From a virus, in IMG/VR virus record IMGVR_UViG_3300045988_077100, positions 1 to 64,000 of that record: 64,000 nucleotides of DNA, one strand, 5' to 3'. The notes under the pieces were generated by a model that was given only the letters and a program-made list of their open reading frames with translations, made no database searches and was not told where the DNA came from. Below, piece by piece: positions 6,275-14,666 of this stretch; position 1 is the stretch's first letter; each line of letters opens with the position of its first letter. A program made the position numbers and the translations under genes.

Positions 6275-7810
6275 TCAGGCGAGTCTGAGGACCTGACGGG
6301 CGGCGCGTTCGGCGTTGTCGGTAAGCTGGCGCTGCCATGCCTGATTTTTCGGAGACCAGCGGAAGCCGTTTCGCTTCAGGGCTGCGCGGGTGTCGGCGTC
6401 TGGGATGGTGTCAAAGAGGATTTGGAGTCTGTTCAGGTCGATATTGCGGACGATCTGGCCACCGTCAAAGGCGGTGCCGGTCTGAGGTTCGGCGGCCTGC
6501 TGTTCTCTGCGGTCAAACTCCGCGAGGCGCTGTTCTGTCCGCTCGATCTTGCCCCGGATGCTGGCCAGTTCGTAAGCGGGGAAGGGGGAACCGTACAGGG
6601 AGATGGGGGAGCCGTCACCGGAGGCGAACACGCCGGGGCGGGTCAGCCATGCGCGGTTTTTCTCGCTGAGACCGGGGCAGCCTTCCAGCGTTTTGTGCTT
6701 GCGATAATAGGCGTTGGCGGTTTTGGCGTCCTCCAACATCTGGCGTTGGCTGTTCAGGCGCTCGGTGAGCATTTCACGGGCGTGGGGGTCGGCAAGGTCT
6801 ACCGGGCCGGTGCCGACGCTGCGGATCTTGTCCAGAATCGCCTCAATCTGCCGGTATTCCTCCCACAGGGAGTCCTCGCGGGACATTTGGCGGTTGTGCT
6901 TGCGCATATTGAAGTTACCCGCCCCGGCGATAAACTGGCTGGGATAGCTGGCCTGATTGCGGTTGTAATCGTTCGTCCACTGGGCAAGGCGGCGGGCGTA
7001 GCTGTTCAGCAGGGCGTCCAGCTTGTCATGGTAAAAAGCGCTGACGCGGGCCTTCTGCTGTTCTACCATCTGGGCGGCTTTGTTCACGGAATTTCGATAA
7101 CTGGCCGTGGCGCTGCCGGGTTTGTAGTCGCCCATGTGAATGCAATAGTGGGCGTTCCGGGCGGTTTCCTCGTCGATGGGACCATAAGGCGGGACCGTTT
7201 CAGGCCGATTTTCCGGGGTGGGCTGTTCTGCCTGTTCTGCGGTGGTGGCCTCCGGCTGTTCTGCGGGTGCTTCCGCGCCTGCGCCGGTGGCGGGGGGCTG
7301 CTGTTCGGGCTGTTGGGTGGTGGCTGCGCTGGGCTGTGCGGTGGCGGCGGTGGGCTGTTCAGCCCGGAGACCGTCAGCAACGGAGCGGTAAAAGGCTTGT
7401 GTTTCTTTCGTGTCCTTGACGGTCTGGCAGTCCTCGCCAAAGTCCCATGTATAGCGCTTGATTGTCACGTCCAGGCTGTCCGCCTCGCTTGCAAAATAGG
7501 CGGCAATGTGTTCCGTGTGGGGGAAGGCCTTGATTTCGATTTCCGCGTGCTCCCGGTTCCACTCGTTGGCGGCGGCCCGCTTGTCCCGGCTGTTCACAAA
7601 GGCGGAAATGGGCCAGAAACAAAGATTGTCCTTTGCGGTGCTGAGTTCGCCGTTGCGCTTGATACGGCGGAGGCAGTGATCCCGGCCGCTCCAATTCGGA
7701 TCGCCGGGGGTGTGCTCGACGAAGTAAAGGCCGTTGTCATTCTTGAAGTATGCGCCGGTGATCTCCACCACGTCGCCGGTTTTCATGGTGCGGTTGTTCT
7801 TGTCAGTCAT
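6275..7810 (-). CDS. DUF3560-like protein typical of conjugative-element/plasmid cargo (511 aa)
   Basis: The C-terminus ...IVRNIDLNRLQILFDTIPDADTRAALKRNGFRWSPKNQAWQRQL resembles the DUF3560 signature as I recall it. Central Pro/Gln/Ala-rich linker. CAGGAGG RBS. Confidence 0.65.
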   Translation of the reverse strand: MTDKNNRTMKTGDVVEITGAYFKNDNGLYFVEHTPGDPNWSGRDHCLRRIKRNGELSTAKDNLCFWPISAFVNSRDKRAAANEWNREHAEIEIKAFPHTEHIAAYFASEADSLDVTIKRYTWDFGEDCQTVKDTKETQAFYRSVADGLRAEQPTAATAQPSAATTQQPEQQPPATGAGAEAPAEQPEATTAEQAEQPTPENRPETVPPYGPIDEETARNAHYCIHMGDYKPGSATASYRNSVNKAAQMVEQQKARVSAFYHDKLDALLNSYARRLAQWTNDYNRNQASYPSQFIAGAGNFNMRKHNRQMSREDSLWEEYRQIEAILDKIRSVGTGPVDLADPHAREMLTERLNSQRQMLEDAKTANAYYRKHKTLEGCPGLSEKNRAWLTRPGVFASGDGSPISLYGSPFPAYELASIRGKIERTEQRLAEFDRREQQAAEPQTGTAFDGGQIVRNIDLNRLQILFDTIPDADTRAALKRNGFRWSPKNQAWQRQLTDNAERAARQVLRLA

Positions 7811-7912
7811 AGTAAAATCCTCCTGAAATGTGTTTTGAATGTGTAGATTTTGGCTTTCTGGGGTGCCGTCGCTTTACCCGGTGCGGCGGCTCCAAAGTGT
7901 CCGGGTTTGTGG

Positions 7913-8356
7913 TCAGTCAAGACAGGTTTCATAACGGATGCGGTATTGCTCTTTCAGTTTGTCATAGGCGCGGGTGGTGACGGTGTAGGTGTTGCGCTGC
8001 TCGTCGTAGCTGATGCCGCGTCCGTGGAGCTGCGGGAGACCGTCGCGGAGAGGCCGAAGAAAATAATGCTTGCCGTAGTAGGAAAGATCGGCGGCGAAGT
8101 CGCAGCCGGTGGGGGCCTGCTGCATTTCGTAGCAATAGACGTATTCGCCGGGCTTGTCGGCCTGTACAGCGGGGGCCTTTTCTGCCTCTAATGCGGCGTA
8201 GTCCGGGGCGTAGCCGAACAGCTCGCCGGTTTCGGGGTCGTAGCGGCTGGCGGCAGCGTCCGGGACAAAAAGCGTTGTCTGCTCGTTGATCTGCTGGGCA
8301 TAGCCGCCGGGGACGGGGGCAAAGGTGCCGTTGATCTTGCGTTCGATGGATGCCAT
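7913..8356 (-). CDS. hypothetical protein (147 aa)
   Basis: AAGGAGG RBS, ORF track entry. Confidence 0.6.
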   Translation of the reverse strand: MASIERKINGTFAPVPGGYAQQINEQTTLFVPDAAASRYDPETGELFGYAPDYAALEAEKAPAVQADKPGEYVYCYEMQQAPTGCDFAADLSYYGKHYFLRPLRDGLPQLHGRGISYDEQRNTYTVTTRAYDKLKEQYRIRYETCLD

Positions 8357-8380
8357 TTTGTGATCCTCCTTGATTTTGAT

Positions 8381-8473
8381 TTAGCGGCGGGCCTCGATGA
8401 GATCCACCACGCGGAACATCAGGCGGGCAAAGGTGCCAGCGCCCAGAATAAGGATGAAAAGGTGAAAACTCAT
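8381..8473 (-). CDS. small hydrophobic peptide (30 aa), first ORF of the operon
   Basis: Own translation MSFHLFILILGAGTFARLMFRVVDLIEARR. CAGGAGG RBS 6 nt upstream. Below the ORF-track size cut-off. Confidence 0.4.
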   Translation of the reverse strand: MSFHLFILILGAGTFARLMFRVVDLIEARR

Positions 8474-8506
8474 AGTGTGGGCCTCCTGTCGGTGTGTTGT
8501 GCTGTC

Positions 8507-8609
8507 CACTTGTTAAGTATATTATACCACTTGATAAGTATATGTCTACTGTTTAAGTATACAACTTATTAAGCAGATTTTTGTTGATTTTGTACACTTG
8601 TTAAGAACG
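8507..8609. promoter_or_regulatory. five direct operator-like repeats (CACTTGTTAAGTATA consensus) in a divergent promoter region
   Basis: Copies start at 8507, 8527, 8546, 8562 and 8594. The last overlaps a plus-strand TTGTTA-17 nt-TATGAT promoter for the RHH gene. Confidence 0.55.
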
Positions 8610-8652
8610 TGCAAACAACGTATGATAAAAGACAAGAAAAGGAGGTGGAACC

Positions 8653-8883
8653 ATGCCACCGCGAAAATATACAGAGGCGCAGAAGAACGCCAATAAAAAA
8701 TGGGACGCGGAAAACCTGGACCGGATTTCTATTGCATTGCCTAAAGGCGCAAAGGATACGATCAAGACCCACGCGGCCGCCATGGGGGAAAGTGTAAACG
8801 CATTTTTCAACCGGGCAGCGCTGGAACAGATCAAGCGGGATCGTGGCAGCGAAAAAACAGAAGCAGCCACAGAAACAGAATAA
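8653..8883 (+). CDS. ribbon-helix-helix (Arc/CopG-like) DNA-binding protein
   Basis: ISIALPKGAKDTIKTHAAAMGESVNAFFNRAALEQI fits an RHH beta-strand plus two helices. AAGGAGG RBS. Confidence 0.65.
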   Translation: MPPRKYTEAQKNANKKWDAENLDRISIALPKGAKDTIKTHAAAMGESVNAFFNRAALEQIKRDRGSEKTEAATETE

Positions 8884-8922
8884 AAAAGCAGCGGCCCGGA
8901 GTTTTTCCGGGTCGCTGTTCTG
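8884..8922. terminator. bidirectional terminator
   Basis: 12-bp hairpin CAGCGGCCCGGA/TCCGGGTCGCTG flanked by an A-run and a T-rich run, between convergent genes. Confidence 0.6.
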
Positions 8923-9168
8923 TTACTCCCATCTGTCATAAAAACCAAAGGATCCAAACTGGATTACTTCATCTTCAGTGGTTTCCGTTTCGGACGGATC
9001 GAACGGAACGCCGTACCATCTGCGGTGGGCGACTTCCTCGTGGTTTTCGTCCTCGATTGTAATATCACACTGCGTATAGCCGGCGCGCTCGTCGGCCATG
9101 GCTTTTGCCTCGTCCAAAGTGCCGGCGCACTCGACCCAGAATCCGTTATTGTAATTGATTGTAAACAT
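8923..9168 (-). CDS. hypothetical acidic protein (81 aa)
   Basis: ORF track entry. Confidence 0.55.
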   Translation of the reverse strand: MFTINYNNGFWVECAGTLDEAKAMADERAGYTQCDITIEDENHEEVAHRRWYGVPFDPSETETTEDEVIQFGSFGFYDRWE

Positions 9169-9219
9169 TTTTTCGTCCTTTCTCCCGGTGTAGCCGGGTC
9201 GCTGTTCTGCGTTTTGGGG

Positions 9220-9561
9220 TTAGGCGTTGGCTTGATATTTTGCGAGTGCATCCGAAATAGCACGATTTACAAAAGCGTTTGCCGTTTCCCCCAGGGAGGC
9301 GGCGCAAGTCTTTATAACGGCTTTTTGCCCTTTCGGTAAAACAAGATCCATTCTGTCATAAGTCTTTTTTACATACTTGCGAACGGCGGCTTGCTGGGCC
9401 TTTGTGGTTTTGGTTTTCCGGGTTATATAATCGTTGATGTTTTCGGCGGTTCCGTCGTCCATAGCTTCCGCAGCGGCAAGGCTGGCCGCAGCTCCCCGGG
9501 TGAGATTTTCGGCGGGCTGGGCGTCAATTTCTGCCAGTCGTGCGCGTAATGCTTCGTTCAT
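9220..9561 (-). CDS. RHH-domain protein, candidate antitoxin/regulator (113 aa)
   Basis: Start at MNEALRARL with AGGAGC RBS. The C-terminus LVLPKGQKAVIKTCAASLGETANAFVNRAISDAL is paralogous to the 8653..8883 product. Confidence 0.55.
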   Translation of the reverse strand: MNEALRARLAEIDAQPAENLTRGAAASLAAAEAMDDGTAENINDYITRKTKTTKAQQAAVRKYVKKTYDRMDLVLPKGQKAVIKTCAASLGETANAFVNRAISDALAKYQANA

Positions 9562-9640
9562 GTTATATGCTCCTTTCAATGCCTCAATACGATTGTTTAT
9601 GCTGCTTTTTCTGCTTCTTTATTCGGCTTCTTGTTCTGTT

Positions 9641-9895
9641 TTAGTATATGTCTCCGCGTGTATTGATCTCTTTTACAGTAACGGTTTCTTTGTCCGTGTC
9701 AATCTGGAAAATTGCCCGGTAATGATAGATTTTCAACCGGTACATGCGAGAGCCAGCACCCCGCAAGGGGACAATATCGCCGGAAAGGGTTGATAATCCG
9801 GCCACCGCCGCCGCTACCCGGCCCCGTTCAGGCTCCGGGAGCTTGTCTAAATATTTTTGCGGCTGCTTCTTGATGATAACCGTTAGTCCGTCCAC
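9641..9895 (-). CDS. RelE/ParE-family type II toxin
   Basis: 84 aa, GTG start with AAGGAGG RBS. ...LPEPERGRVAAAVAGL...DIVPLRGAGSRMYRLKIYHYRAIFQIDTDKETVTVKEINTRGDIY matches the RelE/ParE fold pattern. Confidence 0.75.
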   Translation of the reverse strand: MDGLTVIIKKQPQKYLDKLPEPERGRVAAAVAGLSTLSGDIVPLRGAGSRMYRLKIYHYRAIFQIDTDKETVTVKEINTRGDIY

Positions 9896-9934
9896 GTTTC
9901 CGCCTCCTTTACTGTCGATATTTTACCACCCTAT

Positions 9935-10020
9935 ATATAATTCTGTAAATATACAATTTCAACAATATAATTACAGAATTATTGGTTATTTTGAACCTTG
10001 ATATAATTACAGAATTATAT
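9935..10020. promoter_or_regulatory. AT-rich operator/promoter region with three 18-bp boxes
   Basis: ATATAATTACAGAATTAT at 9965 and 10001. Inverted copy ATATAATTCTGTAAATAT at 9935, overlapping a minus-strand TTTACA-18 nt-TAAAAT promoter for the toxin gene. Confidence 0.5.
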
Positions 10021-10099
10021 ATAATAGAATCATAAAGAACAGGACAACACCACGGAGGCCGACAGGCCAGAGGGGCACCGCCCCGGAAAGGATCACAAA

Positions 10100-10276
10100 A
10101 TGGATTACAGCAAAATGAGCATGGACAAGCTCCGCAAGCTGATCGCCTGGGCTGATGACCGGGCAGCATACCGGAGGGCCTGCGGGACGATCTCCGGCAC
10201 GGCATACGCCGAGGATGAAACCGCAGTAAGGGCAGCACTCGCAGAGATCAACCGCCGCACACGGGCGACCGCATAA
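10100..10276 (+). CDS. small hypothetical protein (58 aa)
   Basis: Own translation MDYSKMSMDKLRKLIAWADDRAAYRRACGTISGTAYAEDETAVRAALAEINRRTRATA. Weak GAAAGGA RBS. Below the track cut-off. Confidence 0.4.
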   Translation: MDYSKMSMDKLRKLIAWADDRAAYRRACGTISGTAYAEDETAVRAALAEINRRTRATA

Positions 10277-10295
10277 GAAAGAGGAGGAACACGAA

Positions 10296-10658
10296 ATGAA
10301 AAAGAGCTTTTTTGAAATGATCCCCGGCGTTGTCCGCCTGGACTCCCGCGTTGCTATCTACGTGCCCAGCACCACCGACACCGACCACCCCACCGACAAC
10401 CGGCAGCAGGTGGAGGAAGTCGCCGCGAAGCTGTCCGCCATGTTTGGCGGAGCCACCGCCACCGAGGCCCGCGGCTACTGGGTGAGCCAGTCCGCCGGAC
10501 TCGTGGGCGAGGCCGTCACCATCGTTTACAGCAACGCCGCAGCCGAGGACATCGAGCGCCACGGCGCCGAAATCGTCGCCATCTGCCACAAGATCAAACG
10601 CGAGATGAAACAAGAGGCCGTCAGCCTTGAGATCAACGGCGAACTGTTTCTTGTATGA
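10296..10658 (+). CDS. hypothetical protein (120 aa)
   Basis: GAGGAGG RBS, ORF track entry. Confidence 0.6.
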   Translation: MKKSFFEMIPGVVRLDSRVAIYVPSTTDTDHPTDNRQQVEEVAAKLSAMFGGATATEARGYWVSQSAGLVGEAVTIVYSNAAAEDIERHGAEIVAICHKIKREMKQEAVSLEINGELFLV

Positions 10659-10687
10659 TCTCCGCCGCCCCCTATACCATACACCAC

Positions 10688-10717
10688 AGCCCGCAGGGAA
10701 TGCCCCCGCGGGCTTTT
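10688..10717 (+). terminator. rho-independent terminator
   Basis: AGCCCGC...GCGGGCT hairpin followed by TTTT. Confidence 0.6.
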
Positions 10718-11208
10718 CTCGTGCCCTCTGAGCGATACAGCCCAGCACCGCACCGCAGGCCCACGCCGCGCAGCCGCTTGCACCCTACGCCGCCCCAGGC
10801 GGCTATTTTTAACCCCTATGCGCGCGGGCGCGTTTATTGCGGGCGCGGTCTATTATAGTACCCTAAAACGTACCCCATAGAACCCCCGGACGCTTTACCC
10901 AAATGAAGAAAAGCGCGGAGCACTCCCGCAGGACCGGAAGCAATGGACAAAGGAAAAGGGGGAAGGGGTGGAGGAGTCACCCGCGGCGGTCTGTTCCGGC
11001 TGATTGCATCGGCCCGACCTCCACGGCCACCGCCGACCATGCCAGACCGGGAACCGTCAGCGGACCAGCCGCCGACCATCGGAGGACGGCCACCACCACC
11101 GGCACCGAGGGCCAGAGAACCGACCGCAGCCCCGGCTCCCGCCGCCTTTCGTCAGGTTGCACAAGGGCGGCATGGGCTGTTGTTGCATTTACCACCAAAA
11201 AAGGCGGT

Positions 11209-11243
11209 AACTGTTGCCATAATTGCTTATTATGGCAACAGTT
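11209..11243. repeat. perfect 15-bp inverted repeat (AACTGTTGCCATAAT / ATTATGGCAACAGTT, 5-nt spacer)
   Basis: Read directly from the sequence, inside the 1.07-kb non-coding tract. Confidence 0.85.
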
Positions 11244-11728
11244 TAGGCATTTGCAACAGGGTTTGACCCTTTCCGAGACCCGCCCAGCGGCCCCGCCTCC
11301 GCTCCAATGGCACCGGCTGACCGGCTGACCACGGCCCCGGCTGGGTGGGGGGTGGTTTACAGACCTGGCCACCGGATTGGCGCAGAATCTCTCCACAACT
11401 CTTCCCCCTCCTCTCACGTTCTCTTCAACCCACGTTCTCATCCCCGTCGCCCTTCCTTTCCCTTTAAATGGGGGGGGTAGTTTAGAAAACCGGGGGCAAA
11501 AAACGGAAAAGTCAAAAAGGGGTCCAAAAAAAATTTTATAAAAACGCTTCGCTTATGTGTGGGGAATACGTACTTAGGTTGCGCGGCGCGGGCGGAGCGC
11601 AGACGGTCGGTAGGTGACGTGCTGATGGGCGGTAGGTGAAGCAGACGTGCAAAAACCCTATTGGAGGGGGTTGCTATGCTAAAGATAGGAGAACTTTTGT
11701 GAAGCCATGGCAATGGAGGTGAGCGTGA

Positions 11729-12118
11729 ATGCCAAGCGGGAGTTCTGAGCGCTGTGTGTCATTGTTTGAGTTTTGGGGAGACAAGAGCCAGTATGCGGCG
11801 TGGCTGCAAGGGGAGTTTGCTGAAGAAGCGGATTTCCATGCCCATACGCTAAACGCCTTGCGGGTGGCGATGGACGAAGAACTGACGGATACACAGAGGA
11901 AGTATATGGAGATGTTTTTCGTCTATGGCATGAGCATGAAGGATATCGGTCAAGAGTTGGGGGTAGCCACGGCAACAGTCAGCAGGACAATCAATTGTGG
12001 GCTGGATAGACTGTACCATGTCCTCCGCTACGCGAACCCCCGATACCTGACCTTTCCGAAAAGCCGCACGGCAGCATCTCTAAAGAAGGGGCGCAAGCGG
12101 TGTGGGAAAGGGTCTTAG
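11729..12118 (+). CDS. sigma-70 region-4 (HTH) domain protein, small sigma-like factor
   Basis: LTDTQRKYMEMFFVYGMSMKDIGQELGVATATVSRTINCGLDRL is a region 4.2 HTH pattern. GGAGGTG RBS. Confidence 0.7.
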   Translation: MPSGSSERCVSLFEFWGDKSQYAAWLQGEFAEEADFHAHTLNALRVAMDEELTDTQRKYMEMFFVYGMSMKDIGQELGVATATVSRTINCGLDRLYHVLRYANPRYLTFPKSRTAASLKKGRKRCGKGS

Positions 12119-12165
12119 GCTGAGACGAGAGATGTTATAACTGATAGTTGAAAGGATGATTTCCA

Positions 12166-12504
12166 ATGAGCACAATTTACGTTGGTGAGAGGCGGAGCGG
12201 TAAAACAACCATGCTTATCGAAATGTCTGAAAGGACTGGGTTCCCCATTGTTGTGAGAACCTATCAAATGGGGCGTGAGATACAGCGGCTCGCAAACCAA
12301 ATGGGAAAGAATATCCCAACGCCCGTTACGGTGGGAAACTACATCCGACGGTTTGCCTATAGTGGCGTTAGAGAACAGAAGTATCTTGTGGACGAACTTC
12401 AGATGATTCTCTCGGCAATGAACATTGAAGCCGCTACGGCTGACTTTGTGAGAAATTGTATTGAAATTCTCCGCAGTCGGCAGAATGGGAGGTCAGATTT
12501 ATGA
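12166..12504 (+). CDS. small P-loop protein (112 aa)
   Basis: Walker-A-like GERRSGKTT near the N-terminus. AAAGGA RBS. Confidence 0.55.
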   Translation: MSTIYVGERRSGKTTMLIEMSERTGFPIVVRTYQMGREIQRLANQMGKNIPTPVTVGNYIRRFAYSGVREQKYLVDELQMILSAMNIEAATADFVRNCIEILRSRQNGRSDL

Positions 12505-12848
12505 GATGTACACCAGTTGAATTTCACGCGAGATTTCCTGTTTATGAGAATTACGATAGAGGTGGTTGCGACCACGCCCCACGCTTCCGGGATGCGAACG
12601 GTGTTGTTTATACGATCGATGCCATTAAAAATTCCTGCAAGGGGGATACGAACGTCCCGGTCATTCGGTTTCGGGCAGACGGTACTTCTAAAAGGATTGG
12701 TATTGTCAAGTCTATCAAGTGGGACCCGGAAGGCTTCGTTGAGGTAAATGGAGTTTTGCGGTTTGGTGGAACGTGCGAAGATGTGATTCTCGATAAAACA
12801 GAAATTGTCATCGGAATGACGATCACGGAAATTGGCCTTGAGACGTAA
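12501..12848 (+). CDS. hypothetical protein (115 aa)
   Basis: ATGA start/stop overlap, GGGAGG RBS. Confidence 0.5.
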   Translation: MRCTPVEFHARFPVYENYDRGGCDHAPRFRDANGVVYTIDAIKNSCKGDTNVPVIRFRADGTSKRIGIVKSIKWDPEGFVEVNGVLRFGGTCEDVILDKTEIVIGMTITEIGLET

Positions 12849-12869
12849 AGCAGTAGGAGGTCGAGAGAC

Positions 12870-13085
12870 ATGGCATACGTTCGGAAATACAAACAGGGGG
12901 TGCGGGTCAAGAGCATTGAGGACTTTCTGCATTCCCCGGAGGCGCAGTATTTTTTCTGGCATGGGAGGACGGTTCACAAACAAGTCTTTATGCACTGGCA
13001 GCTGGACACGCTTATCAGGGTAATAGGCGGAGGACGCCTTTACTTTGCGGATAAGACTGTGCCTGCGGATGGAGATGCGGAATGA
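12870..13085 (+). CDS. hypothetical protein (71 aa)
   Basis: AGGAGG RBS. Confidence 0.5.
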   Translation: MAYVRKYKQGVRVKSIEDFLHSPEAQYFFWHGRTVHKQVFMHWQLDTLIRVIGGGRLYFADKTVPADGDAE

Positions 13086-13375
13086 GCTGCTATGGGTGTA
13101 TCTGCAACAACTGTCTCTATAACTGCGAGTTATTCAGCGCATACTTCACGCCGGGAGAGATCAAGGACGTGGAGGACGTCTGCTATTGCTGTGATGAGTG
13201 CGAGTGGTTCGATGGGGACTATACGAAGCGGAGCCAGTGGCGAAAATCGTGCGAAAAATTTCGCCTACCGGCGAAGTATAAAGAGCATCTGGAACAGATG
13301 AAGCAGAAGGAGGCTCGTGTGGCGGTCAAGCGCCGCAGGGCATTTACTGTGATCGAGGGAGGGGAAAAGGATTGA
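13082..13375 (+). CDS. Cys-rich small protein (97 aa)
   Basis: Thirteen Cys residues in CxxC-type spacing (CYGCICNNCLYNC...CYCCDECEW). Start overlaps the upstream stop. Confidence 0.55.
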   Translation: MSCYGCICNNCLYNCELFSAYFTPGEIKDVEDVCYCCDECEWFDGDYTKRSQWRKSCEKFRLPAKYKEHLEQMKQKEARVAVKRRRAFTVIEGGEKD

Positions 13376-14073
13376 ACGTAGCCTATAACATGGACTGCAT
13401 GGAGTATATGCGGACGTTGCCGGACAAGGCGTTTGATCTGGCCGTGGTGGACCCTCCTTATGGAATCGGAGAAGATGGCGGTAAGGACCGGAGCCGCTAT
13501 GTAACACAGAAGAACGGCTCAAGGATTTACGTCAAGGATGGCGGGTACGAAAAGACCGGCTTTGACCGTTTCCCGGCGGATGAGCAGTACTTTGCAGAGC
13601 TTTTCCGGGTCAGCAAAAATCAGATTATTTGGGGAGCGAATTATTTTGTTCTCCCTCGTGGCGGAGCAATCGTGTGGGACAAGTGCAATGACGGAGTCGA
13701 CCAGTCCGGGGCTGAGATCGCGTTCAACTCTTTGAACCTTCGGACTGATATATTCCGGTTCATGTGGCGCGGCATGATGCAGGGGAAGAGTATCGCAGAG
13801 GGAACAGTTCAGCAAGGGAACAAGGCGCTTAATGAGAAGCGCATCCACCCGACGCAGAAGCCGGTGGCGTTGTACACATGGATTTTGCAGAAGTACGCCA
13901 AACCGGGAGACAAGATACTGGACACCCACTTGGGCAGCGGAAGCAGCCGCATAGCCGCCTATGATCTTGGTTTTGATTTTGTTGGGTGTGAAATCGACCC
14001 TCACTATTTTCAGGCGCAGGAAAAGCGCTTTGCGGAACACACGGCGCAGATCAGTTTGTTTACGGGAGGTTGA
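13372..14073 (+). CDS. DNA methyltransferase, N6-adenine/N4-cytosine type (DPPY motif)
   Basis: VVDPPYGIG catalytic motif, then HPTQKP and DTHLGSGSS AdoMet motif (beta-class order). TTG start coupled to the upstream stop. An ATG at 13390 is an alternative start. Confidence 0.85.
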   Translation: MNVAYNMDCMEYMRTLPDKAFDLAVVDPPYGIGEDGGKDRSRYVTQKNGSRIYVKDGGYEKTGFDRFPADEQYFAELFRVSKNQIIWGANYFVLPRGGAIVWDKCNDGVDQSGAEIAFNSLNLRTDIFRFMWRGMMQGKSIAEGTVQQGNKALNEKRIHPTQKPVALYTWILQKYAKPGDKILDTHLGSGSSRIAAYDLGFDFVGCEIDPHYFQAQEKRFAEHTAQISLFTGG

Positions 14074-14075
14074 AT

Positions 14076-14666
14076 ATGGATAGCTTGAATGCAAGTAGGA
14101 TAGCGGGCGGCAACAGCGCCTATGGGCGGAGTCAGTCGGACTTCTATCCCACGCCGCCGGATGTGACGGTGGCGCTCATGCGCTTTTTGAATCTTCCGCG
14201 CACAACGTCCGTATGGGAACCGGCAACGGGAGAGGGCGATATGGCCGGGGTGCTTCAGACCTACTTTGAGACCGTCTATACAACAGACATTCTGGATGGG
14301 ACGGACTTCTTGAAGTCCAGCATTGACACAGCGGATTGGATCATTACGAACCCGCCTTTCTCTCTGGCGGAAGCGTTCATTCGCAGGGCAGCGGAGCTGG
14401 GCAAGCCTTTCGCGTTCCTGCTCAAGTCGCAGTATTGGAACGCAACGTGCCGGCGGAAGCTGTTTGACGAGATCCCGCCCAGCTACATTCTGCCGCTGAC
14501 GTGGCGCCCGGATTTCTTTTTCAAGAAGCGGATGCCCGGAGAGAAGGGAAGTCCGCTGATGGACGTGATGTGGTGCGTTTGGCTGACGCCATGGAAGAAT
14601 GATATTCAGACGGTGTACCGTCCGCTTACGCGGCCGGAGATGGGGGCAGGAAATAAAAATGGCTAA
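14076..14666 (+). CDS. putative N6-adenine DNA methyltransferase (NPPF motif)
   Basis: FYPTPPDV...WEPATGEGDM...WIITNPPFS is the gamma-class motif order. GGGAGG RBS before the ATG at 14076. Confidence 0.65.
   Translation: MDSLNASRIAGGNSAYGRSQSDFYPTPPDVTVALMRFLNLPRTTSVWEPATGEGDMAGVLQTYFETVYTTDILDGTDFLKSSIDTADWIITNPPFSLAEAFIRRAAELGKPFAFLLKSQYWNATCRRKLFDEIPPSYILPLTWRPDFFFKKRMPGEKGSPLMDVMWCVWLTPWKNDIQTVYRPLTRPEMGAGNKNG

Noticed and set aside
8507-8609. Repeat cluster considered as a mini CRISPR array
   Set aside because: The repeats are about 15 bp long, degenerate and nearly abutting, with no spacers of regular length. No cas genes are present. They lie in a divergent promoter region, so operators are the better explanation.
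10903-11441. ORFs of 107-154 aa (both strands) in the 1.07-kb GC-rich tract
   Set aside because: Extreme low complexity (Pro/Arg/Gly runs), mutually overlapping in several frames, and no RBS. Treated as non-coding or a decayed gene.
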